Assembly: GCA_965263355.1 (NCBI GenBank)
Contig: CBDHHL010000056.1
Coordinates: 1,280,001 to 1,344,000 of the forward strand
Reading direction: 5' to 3'
DNA: 64,000 bases
From: Leptolyngbyaceae cyanobacterium
Lineage (GTDB): Bacteria > Cyanobacteriota > Cyanobacteriia > Phormidesmidales > Phormidesmidaceae
Positions 19,036-28,260 of the stretch are shown piece after piece (positions within the stretch are counted from its first letter, which is position 1; each line of letters opens with the position of its first letter). The position numbers and the translations under genes are program-made. The notes below the pieces were generated by a model. That model made no database searches, had not been told where the DNA came from, and was given only the letters and a program-made list of their open reading frames with translations.

Positions 19036-19929
19036 TTAATCACCCACAAATTCAGTGAAGTCATTAATTCCAATCGCCTGATATGCCTCACGGATAGAAT
19101 TGTAGTCAGAATCCTGTACCTCAATCACCTCGGAGCCAGTGTATTTCTTGTTAGCTTCAACAGAAATAATGGCAGATACCAGTTTATCCTGGTTGTCGAC
19201 CATGGCTTGCTTAAGCTCATCCACATAGTCAGATGCTAAGGTGCTGCTGGCCACAAACACATCACTAGGTAGCAATGGGCCTGTTTCAATCAGCGGCAGG
19301 TCTTCTGGTTTTAAGCCTTCCGCTTCCAGGAATCGCTCATAATCTAGGGCAGAGCCACCCCAAGCATCCGTTTCGCCATTTTTAAATGCTTGCAGGTCTG
19401 TATCGCCTAGCAGCAAAATCTCTACATCATCTGGGCTGATGCCACCATCCACTAAAATTTTGGTTGGCCCCAGCTGACCACTTGTAGAACCCAAGTCAGA
19501 CATGGCAACTTTCTTACCCTTAAGACCGCTGATACTGTCAATACTACTATCAGGCTGGACAGCAATTACCGAACGATAGTTAGGACGAGTAATGGCAACA
19601 AAGGGCACCGCGTTGGTTTTTGCACGGATAACAACATATTCTGCAGGGCCTGTCAGGACCACGTCCACTTGATCAGACTGTAAAGCCACAGCTGCAGCAG
19701 TCCGATCAGCCACGGGAAAGAACTCAATATCCTTACCAGTGGACGACTCTAACGCATCACGGAATGGTTCGTAGTCCCGTTGTAATTCTTCTAACCCTTG
19801 GACATCCGTAACAGCAAACTTAAGTGTGTCCGGTGTGCGATCGGTAGTTGGTTGACCACTGGTACAGGCGGCAGCGACCAATCCTAACGAGAAGAAAATC
19901 GCGGTATTAAAAAAAGAACGGCGTTTCAT
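19036..19929 (-). CDS. phnD: PhnD/PtxB-family substrate-binding lipoprotein (second system)
   Basis: KRRSF..AAAC Tat-like lipoprotein signal; FAVTD, GPAEY, YRSVI, GSTSG; first gene of a D-C-E operon. Confidence 0.8.
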   Translation of the reverse strand: MKRRSFFNTAIFFSLGLVAAACTSGQPTTDRTPDTLKFAVTDVQGLEELQRDYEPFRDALESSTGKDIEFFPVADRTAAAVALQSDQVDVVLTGPAEYVVIRAKTNAVPFVAITRPNYRSVIAVQPDSSIDSISGLKGKKVAMSDLGSTSGQLGPTKILVDGGISPDDVEILLLGDTDLQAFKNGETDAWGGSALDYERFLEAEGLKPEDLPLIETGPLLPSDVFVASSTLASDYVDELKQAMVDNQDKLVSAIISVEANKKYTGSEVIEVQDSDYNSIREAYQAIGINDFTEFVGD

Positions 19930-19999
19930 GGGTTGGAGCCTGGTAAAGAATGCTGTATCAATACATACATCTAGACAATACTGGACCCAGTCCGCCGAC

Positions 20000-20040
20000 T
20001 TATTAATGCCCGTTTATGAAGTGATTAAGCTTTGAGTAAG
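20000..20040 (-). promoter_or_regulatory. Pho box array upstream of second phnD
   Basis: Minus strand CTTACTCA-AAG-CTTAATCA-CTT-CATAAACG-GGC-ATTAATAA at 11-bp period (two good, two degenerate repeats). Confidence 0.55.
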
Positions 20041-20104
20041 CCTCTTCTATAAATGGTTTTGTATACTGGCCTGACAAGAGATTTTTTATCATCGGGCTCT
20101 ACCA

Positions 20105-20767
20105 ATGAATAATACAGCCACAGCTCACTTAGAATGGGATCAGCGTTGGCAAACGGAAGCAGGGCGAGCAGATTGGCTGGTGCCCGAAGCAGATGTAGTG
20201 GAGTTTACACAATCATTAAAAGAGTCACTGGGGTATACGCCCAAGGCACTGGACCTAGGTTGTGGTGTAGGTCGACATGCGGTTTATTTAGCCCAGTTGG
20301 GGTTTGAAACCTATGGATTAGATGGCAGTACAGCGGGTATTGTCCACGGTCAGAAAGAAGCATGTGCCCTCAACCTGTCTATCTATTTCACTGAAGGTTC
20401 AATGGAATATTTACCCTATGAGACCAACTTCTTTGACTATGTGTTGGCATTTAACGTGATTTACCATGGCGACCCTACCGTGGTTAGTCAATGTGTCAAA
20501 GAGATTCATCGAGTTCTCAAGCCAGGTGGTTTTTTCCAAGGGACGATGCTGTCTAAGCGAAATGGTAAATATGGCCTGGGAACTGAAATTGCGCTCAATA
20601 CCTTTGTAATTCCCAACGATGGTGACAAGGACCATCCTCATTTCTATTGCGACGCTAAAGAGGTGTGTCAATTGTTCACAGGCTTTGAGCTACGCAGTCT
20701 GGTAGACCAGGTACATAAAAAGAAAGACTCGTGGCACTGGCATCTGATTGCAGAATGTCGTGATTAA
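20105..20767 (+). CDS. class I SAM-dependent methyltransferase
   Basis: ALDLGCGVGRH, GLDGS, FDYVLAFNVIYH, RVLKPGG. Confidence 0.9.
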   Translation: MNNTATAHLEWDQRWQTEAGRADWLVPEADVVEFTQSLKESLGYTPKALDLGCGVGRHAVYLAQLGFETYGLDGSTAGIVHGQKEACALNLSIYFTEGSMEYLPYETNFFDYVLAFNVIYHGDPTVVSQCVKEIHRVLKPGGFFQGTMLSKRNGKYGLGTEIALNTFVIPNDGDKDHPHFYCDAKEVCQLFTGFELRSLVDQVHKKKDSWHWHLIAECRD

Positions 20768-20891
20768 GCCGAGAGCGGGACCTCTCAATTAGAGTCTCAT
20801 GCAAAGACTGACAAAGACTTATTTAGAGGCTGCCCAGAGTTGATCATCAATCACATTAAGGCTATGGACAGCCGTCATCAGTTACTTAAGC

Positions 20892-21305
20892 TTAATCAGT
20901 TTGAGGCAAGCCGCGTTTTTTGCGAATAGCTGCCATCCCCATACCAATAAGCCCAGGCAAAAGAGCTGGAGTAGGAATTTCTTCGGATTCACTACCGCCC
21001 CCCTCAAGAAAGGCAATCGCAAGAATGGCACCGAACAATAGGATAACTCCAGCCTCTTCTAAATCGCTGTCATTGTCAGTGCCAGTTCCGGTTCCTTGCG
21101 AAATTAGTCCTGGTGTGTCGATGCCAAAATTGACGTCTCCCAACCCAGCTGGCTGGCTGCCAAGGGAAAAGGAATCAGTCGCATTAAACGTGTTAAAGCT
21201 ACCAGAGCGGATAGTAGCTGCATAGGTAGGTCCAACTGATGAAACTAATGAGGTTAAAATAGCCCCTAGAGCCACACAAGAAATTCTTTTCAACATTGTC
21301 ATCAA
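20892..21305 (-). CDS. PTPA-CTERM sorting-domain protein (short)
   Basis: Signal peptide; C-terminus EIPTPALLPGLIGMGMAAIRKKR. Confidence 0.85.
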   Translation of the reverse strand: MMTMLKRISCVALGAILTSLVSSVGPTYAATIRSGSFNTFNATDSFSLGSQPAGLGDVNFGIDTPGLISQGTGTGTDNDSDLEEAGVILLFGAILAIAFLEGGGSESEEIPTPALLPGLIGMGMAAIRKKRGLPQTD

Positions 21306-21434
21306 GCAAATAGAAGAACAACAAAACCATGAAGTGAATAAGTCTCAATACCTGGCAGATGACTTAAAAAATAACCTAGTAGAGCCTACACGTTAGACGT
21401 GCAATTTTTCTCAAAACTAAGCCGAAAAATTGGC

Positions 21435-21479
21435 ACAAGCGTAAAAAGACAAGCGCAAAAAGACAAGCGCAAAAAGACA
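21435..21479. repeat. tandem repeat, 3 x 14 bp
   Basis: ACAAGCGTAAAAAG ACAAGCGCAAAAAG ACAAGCGCAAAAAG ACA. Confidence 0.9.
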
Positions 21480-21550
21480 CTATGCGTCTATTGCTTTACC
21501 CTTATTCGTGGATTAAACGAAAGTTTAGAGAATAAGCGTCTGAATAACTG

Positions 21551-21593
21551 TTTAGGGATGGAAAATTGGCAGACCACCAATTCCATCCCTAAA
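21551..21593. repeat. inverted repeat, 13-bp arms
   Basis: TTTAGGGATGGAA ... TTCCATCCCTAAA. Confidence 0.8.
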
Positions 21594-21963
21594 ACTGGTA
21601 TATCAGGTTGACTGAGGTCTCCGTAAGTACCCTGATAGTCTATTTAATAGAACTTTACTCTCTACGTTGATTTACTCTTGATTACTTGTTCTAGAAAGCT
21701 TTTATACTTATCTTTGCGAGCCACTTGGCTGACTGTAACGTTGTTCTAATAAAAAATCCTGGCTATCTGCTATCCAATGTTAGTGAACTCGGATTTGGCA
21801 TAAGTCTAAGAAGGGATATGTGAGGCGTTCTATGTAGCATACAAAAACCCCCATCTCCTTACATAAGGTGACGGGGGAAAATCTTCTCAAAGAATAGAAA
21901 ATTCTATAGCCCTCAAAATCTGATTATCTGGGGCTTTTGAGGCTTTATTGTTATGCCGGACCT

Positions 21964-23127
21964 CTAGGTAAGCTCACTTCGCAATGCCTGACGTTTAGCA
22001 ACATACTCCTGTAAGACCTGGTTATGGCCATCGAGTTGCTGTTGCATTGCAGCATATTGTCTCAGCAGGCTGGCTAACTCAGTGCGACGCTCAGTTAGTT
22101 TGGTGGCAATATGGTTGAGGGTTTGTTGTTCCATGGCGACCATTTGCTGCTGGTGGGATAAATCCATTAACTCCTGCAGGGTATCTGTGTAGGTAACCTC
22201 CTGCCAGAGGGGATCGGGAGATTCTACACTGACGGCATCAATATAGTCTACCAAGACAGTCTGGGCTGTGTATCGTAGTTGATTTTCAATTTGATAATAT
22301 ATGGCGTAAAGTTCTCCCAGCTGGGTATTGTCCAGGTCAGGGCTGCTAAATTCAATGGCAATGTCGTTTTCTAATGTCCGCAGCTGTTGCAGCTGACTTT
22401 GATATTGGGCATCTGCCGTTAATAGATCGGTGACAAAGCCAACTTCATCTGGCTGTAAGGCCAAGATAGATGTGACATCGGATATGTTTTGGTCGAGCTG
22501 TTGCGATCGCACCAACAATTCAGCTTGTCGATTAGCCAGGTCACTGCTGCGATAGGACAGAACCGTACGATGGGTTTGCAGATTTTGAGTCGTGTGCTTT
22601 GCCTGAAACAGCTGCATGTCTGCTCGCAGCTGACGGACCTGATCCTGGAGTTGAGGTACCTTTTGATCAATAAACTCCAACCCTTTACAGGTGCTCTCCT
22701 GACAAGTGCTGTCACTACCGGCACTAAAGGCTACACTTGACGTCGCCTGGGGATTTGCTATGGGGGGTGTAGACACCTCAGCCTCAGCCTCCTCAGCGTC
22801 TGCTTGGTTTACCGTTGTCCTATTGGTTGAGTTTGTATCCGTATCATCAAGCTGATACCAAAGCCCAGTTTCTGTATGCTGCATAATCGCCCCAGCAGAA
22901 CAGACAACCGTAGCCCCAATGGCTAAAGCCGTATGATATGGCCAGGGAGAAGAATAGGCCGTAGACACTGAGAGGTCATCTACCCAGTAATCATTATCGG
23001 ATGCAATATTTTCAGAGTCTATATCTTGATCTTGACGTTGGTAGAGCGTTTGATCCCCAAGACAGTCAGCAACTAATCGTTGCCAGGCGTGAATAGGTTT
23101 ATTATTGATGTTACAGAAAGAAGTCAT
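21964..23127 (-). CDS. coiled-coil protein resembling the periplasmic part of Wzc/GumC, no kinase domain
   Basis: EFIDQKVPQLQDQVRQLRADMQLF aligns by eye with EFVEQKLPDLTKKVESLQDQLQAL of the Wzc at 60466; QYQSQLQQLRTLENDIA with RYQTLLNSLLELDAQIA. Confidence 0.6.
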   Translation of the reverse strand: MTSFCNINNKPIHAWQRLVADCLGDQTLYQRQDQDIDSENIASDNDYWVDDLSVSTAYSSPWPYHTALAIGATVVCSAGAIMQHTETGLWYQLDDTDTNSTNRTTVNQADAEEAEAEVSTPPIANPQATSSVAFSAGSDSTCQESTCKGLEFIDQKVPQLQDQVRQLRADMQLFQAKHTTQNLQTHRTVLSYRSSDLANRQAELLVRSQQLDQNISDVTSILALQPDEVGFVTDLLTADAQYQSQLQQLRTLENDIAIEFSSPDLDNTQLGELYAIYYQIENQLRYTAQTVLVDYIDAVSVESPDPLWQEVTYTDTLQELMDLSHQQQMVAMEQQTLNHIATKLTERRTELASLLRQYAAMQQQLDGHNQVLQEYVAKRQALRSELT

Positions 23128-23753
23128 ACCAACGAAGACAGAAACTACATGACTTGGCTTAATGCTGTTTACAGGAGTTTCTAGAAAATGTCCGGGGATT
23201 TCAGAAAAAATGCGTTGCCCTATAGCAATATATGCGATATGTAAAGATACTATGCTCCTGAGCCCTTAAACGTTTGACTTCAAATAGACCCATCACTCCC
23301 CAAAATTTGGGTAAAAACTTCTCTACAGATTTATCCTGAGTTACAGCACTATGCCCGTAAAGTGTGGGGGCATTCAAATCAACATCTTTAAACTTGATAG
23401 TCCAATGCTTATCTACGCGGGTAGATAACGTTGCATGGGTTAAACATCCGCAAGTCAGAAAGCAGCCTTCAAAATAGGCATTTGTTTTGACTGCTGATTG
23501 TCGCTCCCTAACGGCTGGAAAAAATTTTGGAAATTTTTCTCTTTTAAGTTAATAGCCCTAACCTTAAACTTAGTTAAGTTCCAGAAAATACAGCAGTTTA
23601 CATAAGCTGCTTCCAGATTGCTTACAAAAATACTACTAAAACTATAAGCACTTGATGAAAGTAACAAAACTTGTGTAAAGCCAGGGGTTTCTTTCCAGAT
23701 ATTGACAAAATATTACGATAACTGAACCAGACAGAATATGAGACATAAGTCCG

Positions 23754-23781
23754 CAAGTTATTCGCTTCAAGTTATTCGCTT
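23754..23781. repeat. tandem repeat, 2 x 14 bp, upstream of priming transferase
   Basis: CAAGTTATTCGCTT CAAGTTATTCGCTT. Confidence 0.85.
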
Positions 23782-23882
23782 ATAGATACCCAGCAGGCTG
23801 TTGTCGTTAATCAAAATTGACCAACGCCCGCTTTTGAAAGGATACAGATACCACCCCTAGCGTTCAGATAGCTTTTTGCGTT

Positions 23883-24539
23883 ATGCGACTCTCATCATAC
23901 TCTCCCATGGCGCAGGTAATTGCACCTGCGATTCATCCTTCTATTGGTAGTAAAACTAAGCGGTGTATAGATATTGTTGGGGCCCTATTCGGCTTATCGA
24001 TTACCGCAATCTTGTTTCTGCCCATAGTATTAGTCATTAAATTAGATTCCTCAGGCCCAATTTTTTTTACACAGCGACGCTGTGGCTTAAAGGGTAAACC
24101 CTTCAGGATTTGGAAGTTTCGTTCGATGGTGACCAATGCTGACCAGCTAAAGCATTTAGTCAAAAACGAAGCGGCTGGACATATTTTTAAGAATCGAAAT
24201 GATCCTAGAATTACTCGGGTAGGTCAGTTTCTTCGAAAAACAAGTCTCGACGAGTTACCACAGTTTTTCAATGTATTAGTCGGTACCATGAGCTTGGTCG
24301 GTACTCGCCCCCCTACCCCCGACGAAGTGGCAAAATACTCTCAACATCATCTACAGCGTTTGAACGTAAAACCAGGCATTACCGGTGAGTGGCAGGTCTA
24401 CGGACGTTCCAATGTAGAAAATTTTGATGAAATTGTACGGATGGATCTGAACTATCAACGAAAGTGGTCAGTATGGTACGACCTATTTCTGATTTTGCGA
24501 ACCATTATCGTTGTTTTAGGTAAACAGGGGGCCTATTAA
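23883..24539 (+). CDS. priming sugar transferase (polyprenyl-phosphate hexose-1-phosphate transferase, small form)
   Basis: KR.IDI, GPIFF.Q.R.G..GKPF.IWKFRSM, DPRIT.VG.FLRKTSLDELPQF.NVL.G.MSLVG.RP, KPGITG.WQV. Confidence 0.93.
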   Translation: MRLSSYSPMAQVIAPAIHPSIGSKTKRCIDIVGALFGLSITAILFLPIVLVIKLDSSGPIFFTQRRCGLKGKPFRIWKFRSMVTNADQLKHLVKNEAAGHIFKNRNDPRITRVGQFLRKTSLDELPQFFNVLVGTMSLVGTRPPTPDEVAKYSQHHLQRLNVKPGITGEWQVYGRSNVENFDEIVRMDLNYQRKWSVWYDLFLILRTIIVVLGKQGAY

Positions 24540-24678
24540 TAGTTGGCACATATGGCTAAGACGTCATCAGCCGCCATTCTTGCGCTAACTTACATTTGCC
24601 AATAATAACATTTCTGCTTTCCTAACAGTACCAGCGTTTGGTTAATTGTCCTACAAGTTGCCATCTATCTCGTTTGCC

Positions 24679-25311
24679 ATGACAAGCCTTCCTAGACCGT
24701 TCCCTTCTAAACCTGCTAAGTCATCTGCCAGCTATGACGCACCACAACCGTCTACAGGTAAGAACATTTGCTTAATTGTTGGCTTCACTTGCTTACTCGG
24801 TTTTCTAGTGGATGTGCTGGTGTTAAGTACACCGCCTGATCCATTTGGGTTACAGTGGCGTGTTAACGTACTACAGCAAATAGGCGATCGCAGTATTGTG
24901 TTACTATTTTCAGTTGCCCTTCTGATGTATGGTTTCTTAGATAAACGTCAGATTAAACGGCCATTAGGCTATGTATGTCTGGCTTTAGGGGTGGCCTTTA
25001 TTCTCTCTTGTGTGTTAGTGATTCGCGATAGTCTTATCTTACAAAAGGAGACTCTGCAAAATATCGCTAACCAAGAGCAGTATGTGCAGTCTCAAATTGA
25101 CGAAGCCCGCAATGGTGGCGATGAGCTAGAGGCACCCTTGACACCAGAACAGTTGCAACAAGCGTCTCAGCAACTTACAAGCCAGGCAACAACTCTAAAG
25201 GAGAATGCTCGTCAGGGGATTACTAAAGCAGGTGTGGCCAGTATGGGTAATTTAATTGCGGTAGGCCTTGGCATGCTTGGATTAGGTCGGTTAGGGATCA
25301 AGCGTTCTTAG
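24679..25311 (+). CDS. hpsJ: HpsJ-like membrane protein, cyanoexosortase-associated
   Basis: Three N-terminal TM helices with P..LQWR...QQIGDR, Q-rich soluble region, one C-terminal TM; lies upstream of the PTPA-CTERM array and exosortase. Confidence 0.6.
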   Translation: MTSLPRPFPSKPAKSSASYDAPQPSTGKNICLIVGFTCLLGFLVDVLVLSTPPDPFGLQWRVNVLQQIGDRSIVLLFSVALLMYGFLDKRQIKRPLGYVCLALGVAFILSCVLVIRDSLILQKETLQNIANQEQYVQSQIDEARNGGDELEAPLTPEQLQQASQQLTSQATTLKENARQGITKAGVASMGNLIAVGLGMLGLGRLGIKRS

Positions 25312-25404
25312 GGGCGTAAGCGTCGTTATGAAGATGTTGGCTTAGAGGCTTAATTGCTGTATTGCGATCGCAATTTCTATTCTCTGATAGTTTAACCACT
25401 ATAA

Positions 25405-25443
25405 AAATCCCTATACTTGGCTAAGCGTCAGGTATAGGGATTT
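25405..25443 (+). terminator. hairpin terminator
   Basis: AAATCCCTATAC ... GTATAGGGATTT followed by CTCTTTC. Confidence 0.65.
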
Positions 25444-25843
25444 CTCTTTCTATAACTTCTATCGTTAGCATGAACGTTATGTTGCGCTCATCAAAGTGTC
25501 ACCTTTTAGGGATAAAACAGCTTTATGAGTTTCATAATAATGAACAAGAAAGCTTGATGAACTTTCTTGTTTTGTTTTTGTATGTGCATCTTAACATTTT
25601 TGTATACGAATGCATGTATACGTCAACCGCTCCCTGTTTACTTGTGCGACGTTAACAGACAATCCAGACTTTAAACAAAGTGGGCAACTTAGCTTAAGCC
25701 ATGTCCAACGTTTAACCTGTAGCGTTACCTACAGAAAAAACAATTTTTCGGACGTGGATAAGATTTAAAAGGCTAGAGCTAGAGGTTTGAAGCGGTCTCT
25801 ACCAATACGTTTTATTCAAACCCAATTCTTCCCCACAAAAAAC

Positions 25844-26518
25844 ATGACGAATCAAATTCTAAAAGGTGCCCTATTTGCAGGGACATTAACTGTAGGCTTT
25901 TTGGCTCAAACTGAGTTTGCCAGTGCTGCATCTATTGTCTATGATTTTACCAGGTTTGGTGCCCCATTGATTGATGTTGCTCCTACTAGTTTTACTGCGG
26001 GTGGTGTGACTACCACTGTAAGCGGTAATGGTGTCGTGACCCAGACTGCTGCTGGTCTTGGTATTGCTAGACCCCTAAGTGTGGCTCCTCCAGAAGAGAT
26101 TGACGGTCTTGCTCTAAATGGCCCAGACTACATTGAGTTTGACTTTGGTAACATTTTTGTTGATATTGCCTCTGTGACATTTGGTTTGGTGGGCACCAAT
26201 GTGCCTATTCCAGGTATCGGTACCGTTGGTAATGACGACTTTAGCCTATCTGTCGACGGAAATTCTGTTCTGGAGAATACTGATATTCCTGGCGGTAATG
26301 GTTTAGACACTGGCGTTGGAGTCTTTGACTTTACATCAGTGTTGGCACCTTCAGGTAAGGTTTGGAGATTCACCGCGCCGGACCTGGATGATGATTTTAC
26401 CATTGCTAGCCTAACCATTGAGACTGAGGAGATTCCCACGCCAGCTTTACTACCTGGCTTAATCGGTATGGGAGTTGCGGCTTTTCGCAGACGTCGTGGT
26501 GATGTGTTAGATAGCTAA
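25844..26518 (+). CDS. PTPA-CTERM sorting-domain protein
   Basis: Signal peptide from ATG 25844 (MTNQILKGALF...ASA); C-terminus EIPTPALLPGLIGMGVAAFRRRR. Confidence 0.9.
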   Translation: MTNQILKGALFAGTLTVGFLAQTEFASAASIVYDFTRFGAPLIDVAPTSFTAGGVTTTVSGNGVVTQTAAGLGIARPLSVAPPEEIDGLALNGPDYIEFDFGNIFVDIASVTFGLVGTNVPIPGIGTVGNDDFSLSVDGNSVLENTDIPGGNGLDTGVGVFDFTSVLAPSGKVWRFTAPDLDDDFTIASLTIETEEIPTPALLPGLIGMGVAAFRRRRGDVLDS

Positions 26519-26572
26519 TGACATGTTAGTAATCATTAACTAAACAGTTAGGCCTGACCGCTGTGGAGTTAG

Positions 26573-26610
26573 CGAGGGTACTGTGACAATGCATCACAGC
26601 ACCCTCGTTT
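26573..26610 (+). terminator. hairpin terminator
   Basis: CGAGGGTACTGTGA-CAATGCA-TCACAGCACCCTCG-TTT. Confidence 0.6.
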
Positions 26611-26918
26611 CTGATTGAGATTTTTGACTAAGATAGCGTCAGGACATAAAAGATGTATTTTAGCGCAAATCTTATCGACTTTCTTTGTTAGATACTAATA
26701 ATACAATATTGTCTTATGTGGAGATAATTACTATAACTTAAGGTGGGTAATATTAAGATACAAAATGCCCCTATGTTACCTACTGTAAGATTTCAGGTTC
26801 TGTATCTCCTATCTTAGGTCAGTAGCTAGGTTGGGCCTTTAATTTGAGGGCTTAAACCCTTAACGATATCAACGAAACCTAGTTTTCATGTATTATTTCT
26901 CTCGGAGATGCTTGAATA

Positions 26919-27557
26919 ATGAAACTCAACCAATTTTGGAGTGCGGCGTTAGCTGTCTCCACATTTTCAACTGTTGCATTGGCTACACAAGAAGCGAAGG
27001 CGATGGCGCTATTTACCCTTGACTTCACGGATACTAGTCTCTTTACCAGAGGGACAGTCTCACCCGGTGATATTGATGGAATTGACTTAGGCGTTGTCAC
27101 CGTAGATGTACGAGGAAGAACTCGTGGCAGTAACCAGGCACAAGATCTTAGCTTCACCGGAAATGGTGTCGGTATTGTTGGGCATGGCAGTAACACTATC
27201 AACGGTTCCAATGGAGGGAGCTCTGATGAGCGTTTTCGCCTTGATTTTTCTAAGCAGGTGAAATTTACTGAGATTGTCTTTGGCAACGTTAATAATAACG
27301 GCAGTGATGATTATACCCTTAGAATAGATGGCAGTACTTTTGGGAGTGCCAATACTGATATCCCTCTTTCTGGTGTACTTTCACTTGATACTATTTTTGG
27401 TACTCGATTTGACGTTGAGGCACGCCAAAATAATGATAACTTTCGCATCACTAGTATTTCTGGTGAGGTGGTTCCCACACCTGCTCTTTTGCCTGGCTTA
27501 GTAGGGTTAGGTGCTGCCGCTTTGCGTAGACGTCGTCAAGAAGCCACTGACGCTTAG
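26919..27557 (+). CDS. PTPA-CTERM sorting-domain protein
   Basis: Signal peptide (..QEAKA); C-terminus VPTPALLPGLVGLGAAALRRRR. Confidence 0.92.
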   Translation: MKLNQFWSAALAVSTFSTVALATQEAKAMALFTLDFTDTSLFTRGTVSPGDIDGIDLGVVTVDVRGRTRGSNQAQDLSFTGNGVGIVGHGSNTINGSNGGSSDERFRLDFSKQVKFTEIVFGNVNNNGSDDYTLRIDGSTFGSANTDIPLSGVLSLDTIFGTRFDVEARQNNDNFRITSISGEVVPTPALLPGLVGLGAAALRRRRQEATDA

Positions 27558-27608
27558 AATCCACGTTAGGTGTAAACAGCTTATTTATTATGCATTAGTT
27601 GTTTAGCC

Positions 27609-27656
27609 AGTCAAGGTCTATTTTTATGTAGCCCCAGTAATACAAAGACCTTGACT
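27609..27656 (+). terminator. 3'-UTR hairpin
   Basis: AGTCAAGGTCT / AGACCTTGACT, 11-bp perfect stem. Confidence 0.65.
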
Positions 27657-27776
27657 ATGTGAGCCTATCCCATTGGTGCTAAATATAGACTCAGACTTGA
27701 TTATCAGCTTAATTGACGTCTTATCAATCTATTATTGTTCTACTTAACGTAGTCAAAAATTATACTCTTGCTAATA

Positions 27777-27910
27777 TTTGGAGATTTGCTGCGTCTGATT
27801 TAATGTTGATTTTACCATTGCCAGCCTAACCATTGAAACTGAGGCGAGTCCCTCACCAGCGTTGTTGTCTGGCTTATTTGGTTGGATTCGCAGCCTTTTG
27901 TAAGCGTTGA
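27777..27910 (+). pseudogene. degenerate copy of the 3' end of the PTPA-CTERM gene at 25844
   Basis: TTTGGAGATT...GATTTTACCATTGCCAGCCTAACCATTGAAACTGAGG.GA.TCCC.C.CCAGC matches 26361-26495 (DFTIASLTIETE..P.PALL.GL) with indels. Confidence 0.85.
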
Positions 27911-28260
27911 CTAGTTATTCGATCATCCAAATCTACTTTTATTGTGTATTACGGCTGTTGCTTGCAAGTCTGCTTCAGACTGAAATACTGTTCAGCAAGA
28001 AGAACTTTGCTGACTTCCTTTATCGAATATTTATAATGATATCTTGTCTTACTAAAAAGCGTTGTTATAATTTTGGATAAAGTCCATTGAGGGTAAGGAA
28101 CATACTTTTTAGAAGTTCTTTTACCCATACGTCAGATGATGTATCTCCCGGCTCAGAGTAGCTAAAATAATTTGTTCGTTTCAAGGTACAGGCTTATTTC
28201 TACAGATAGAATTGACCAATCCTAATTTGTTTCATGTAGTTTTTTGGGAATACTTATCCA

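Noticed and set aside
21399..21611. 70-aa ORF, and the 14-bp repeats as a CRISPR array
   Set aside because: ORF is a by-product of the tandem repeat; repeats have no spacers.
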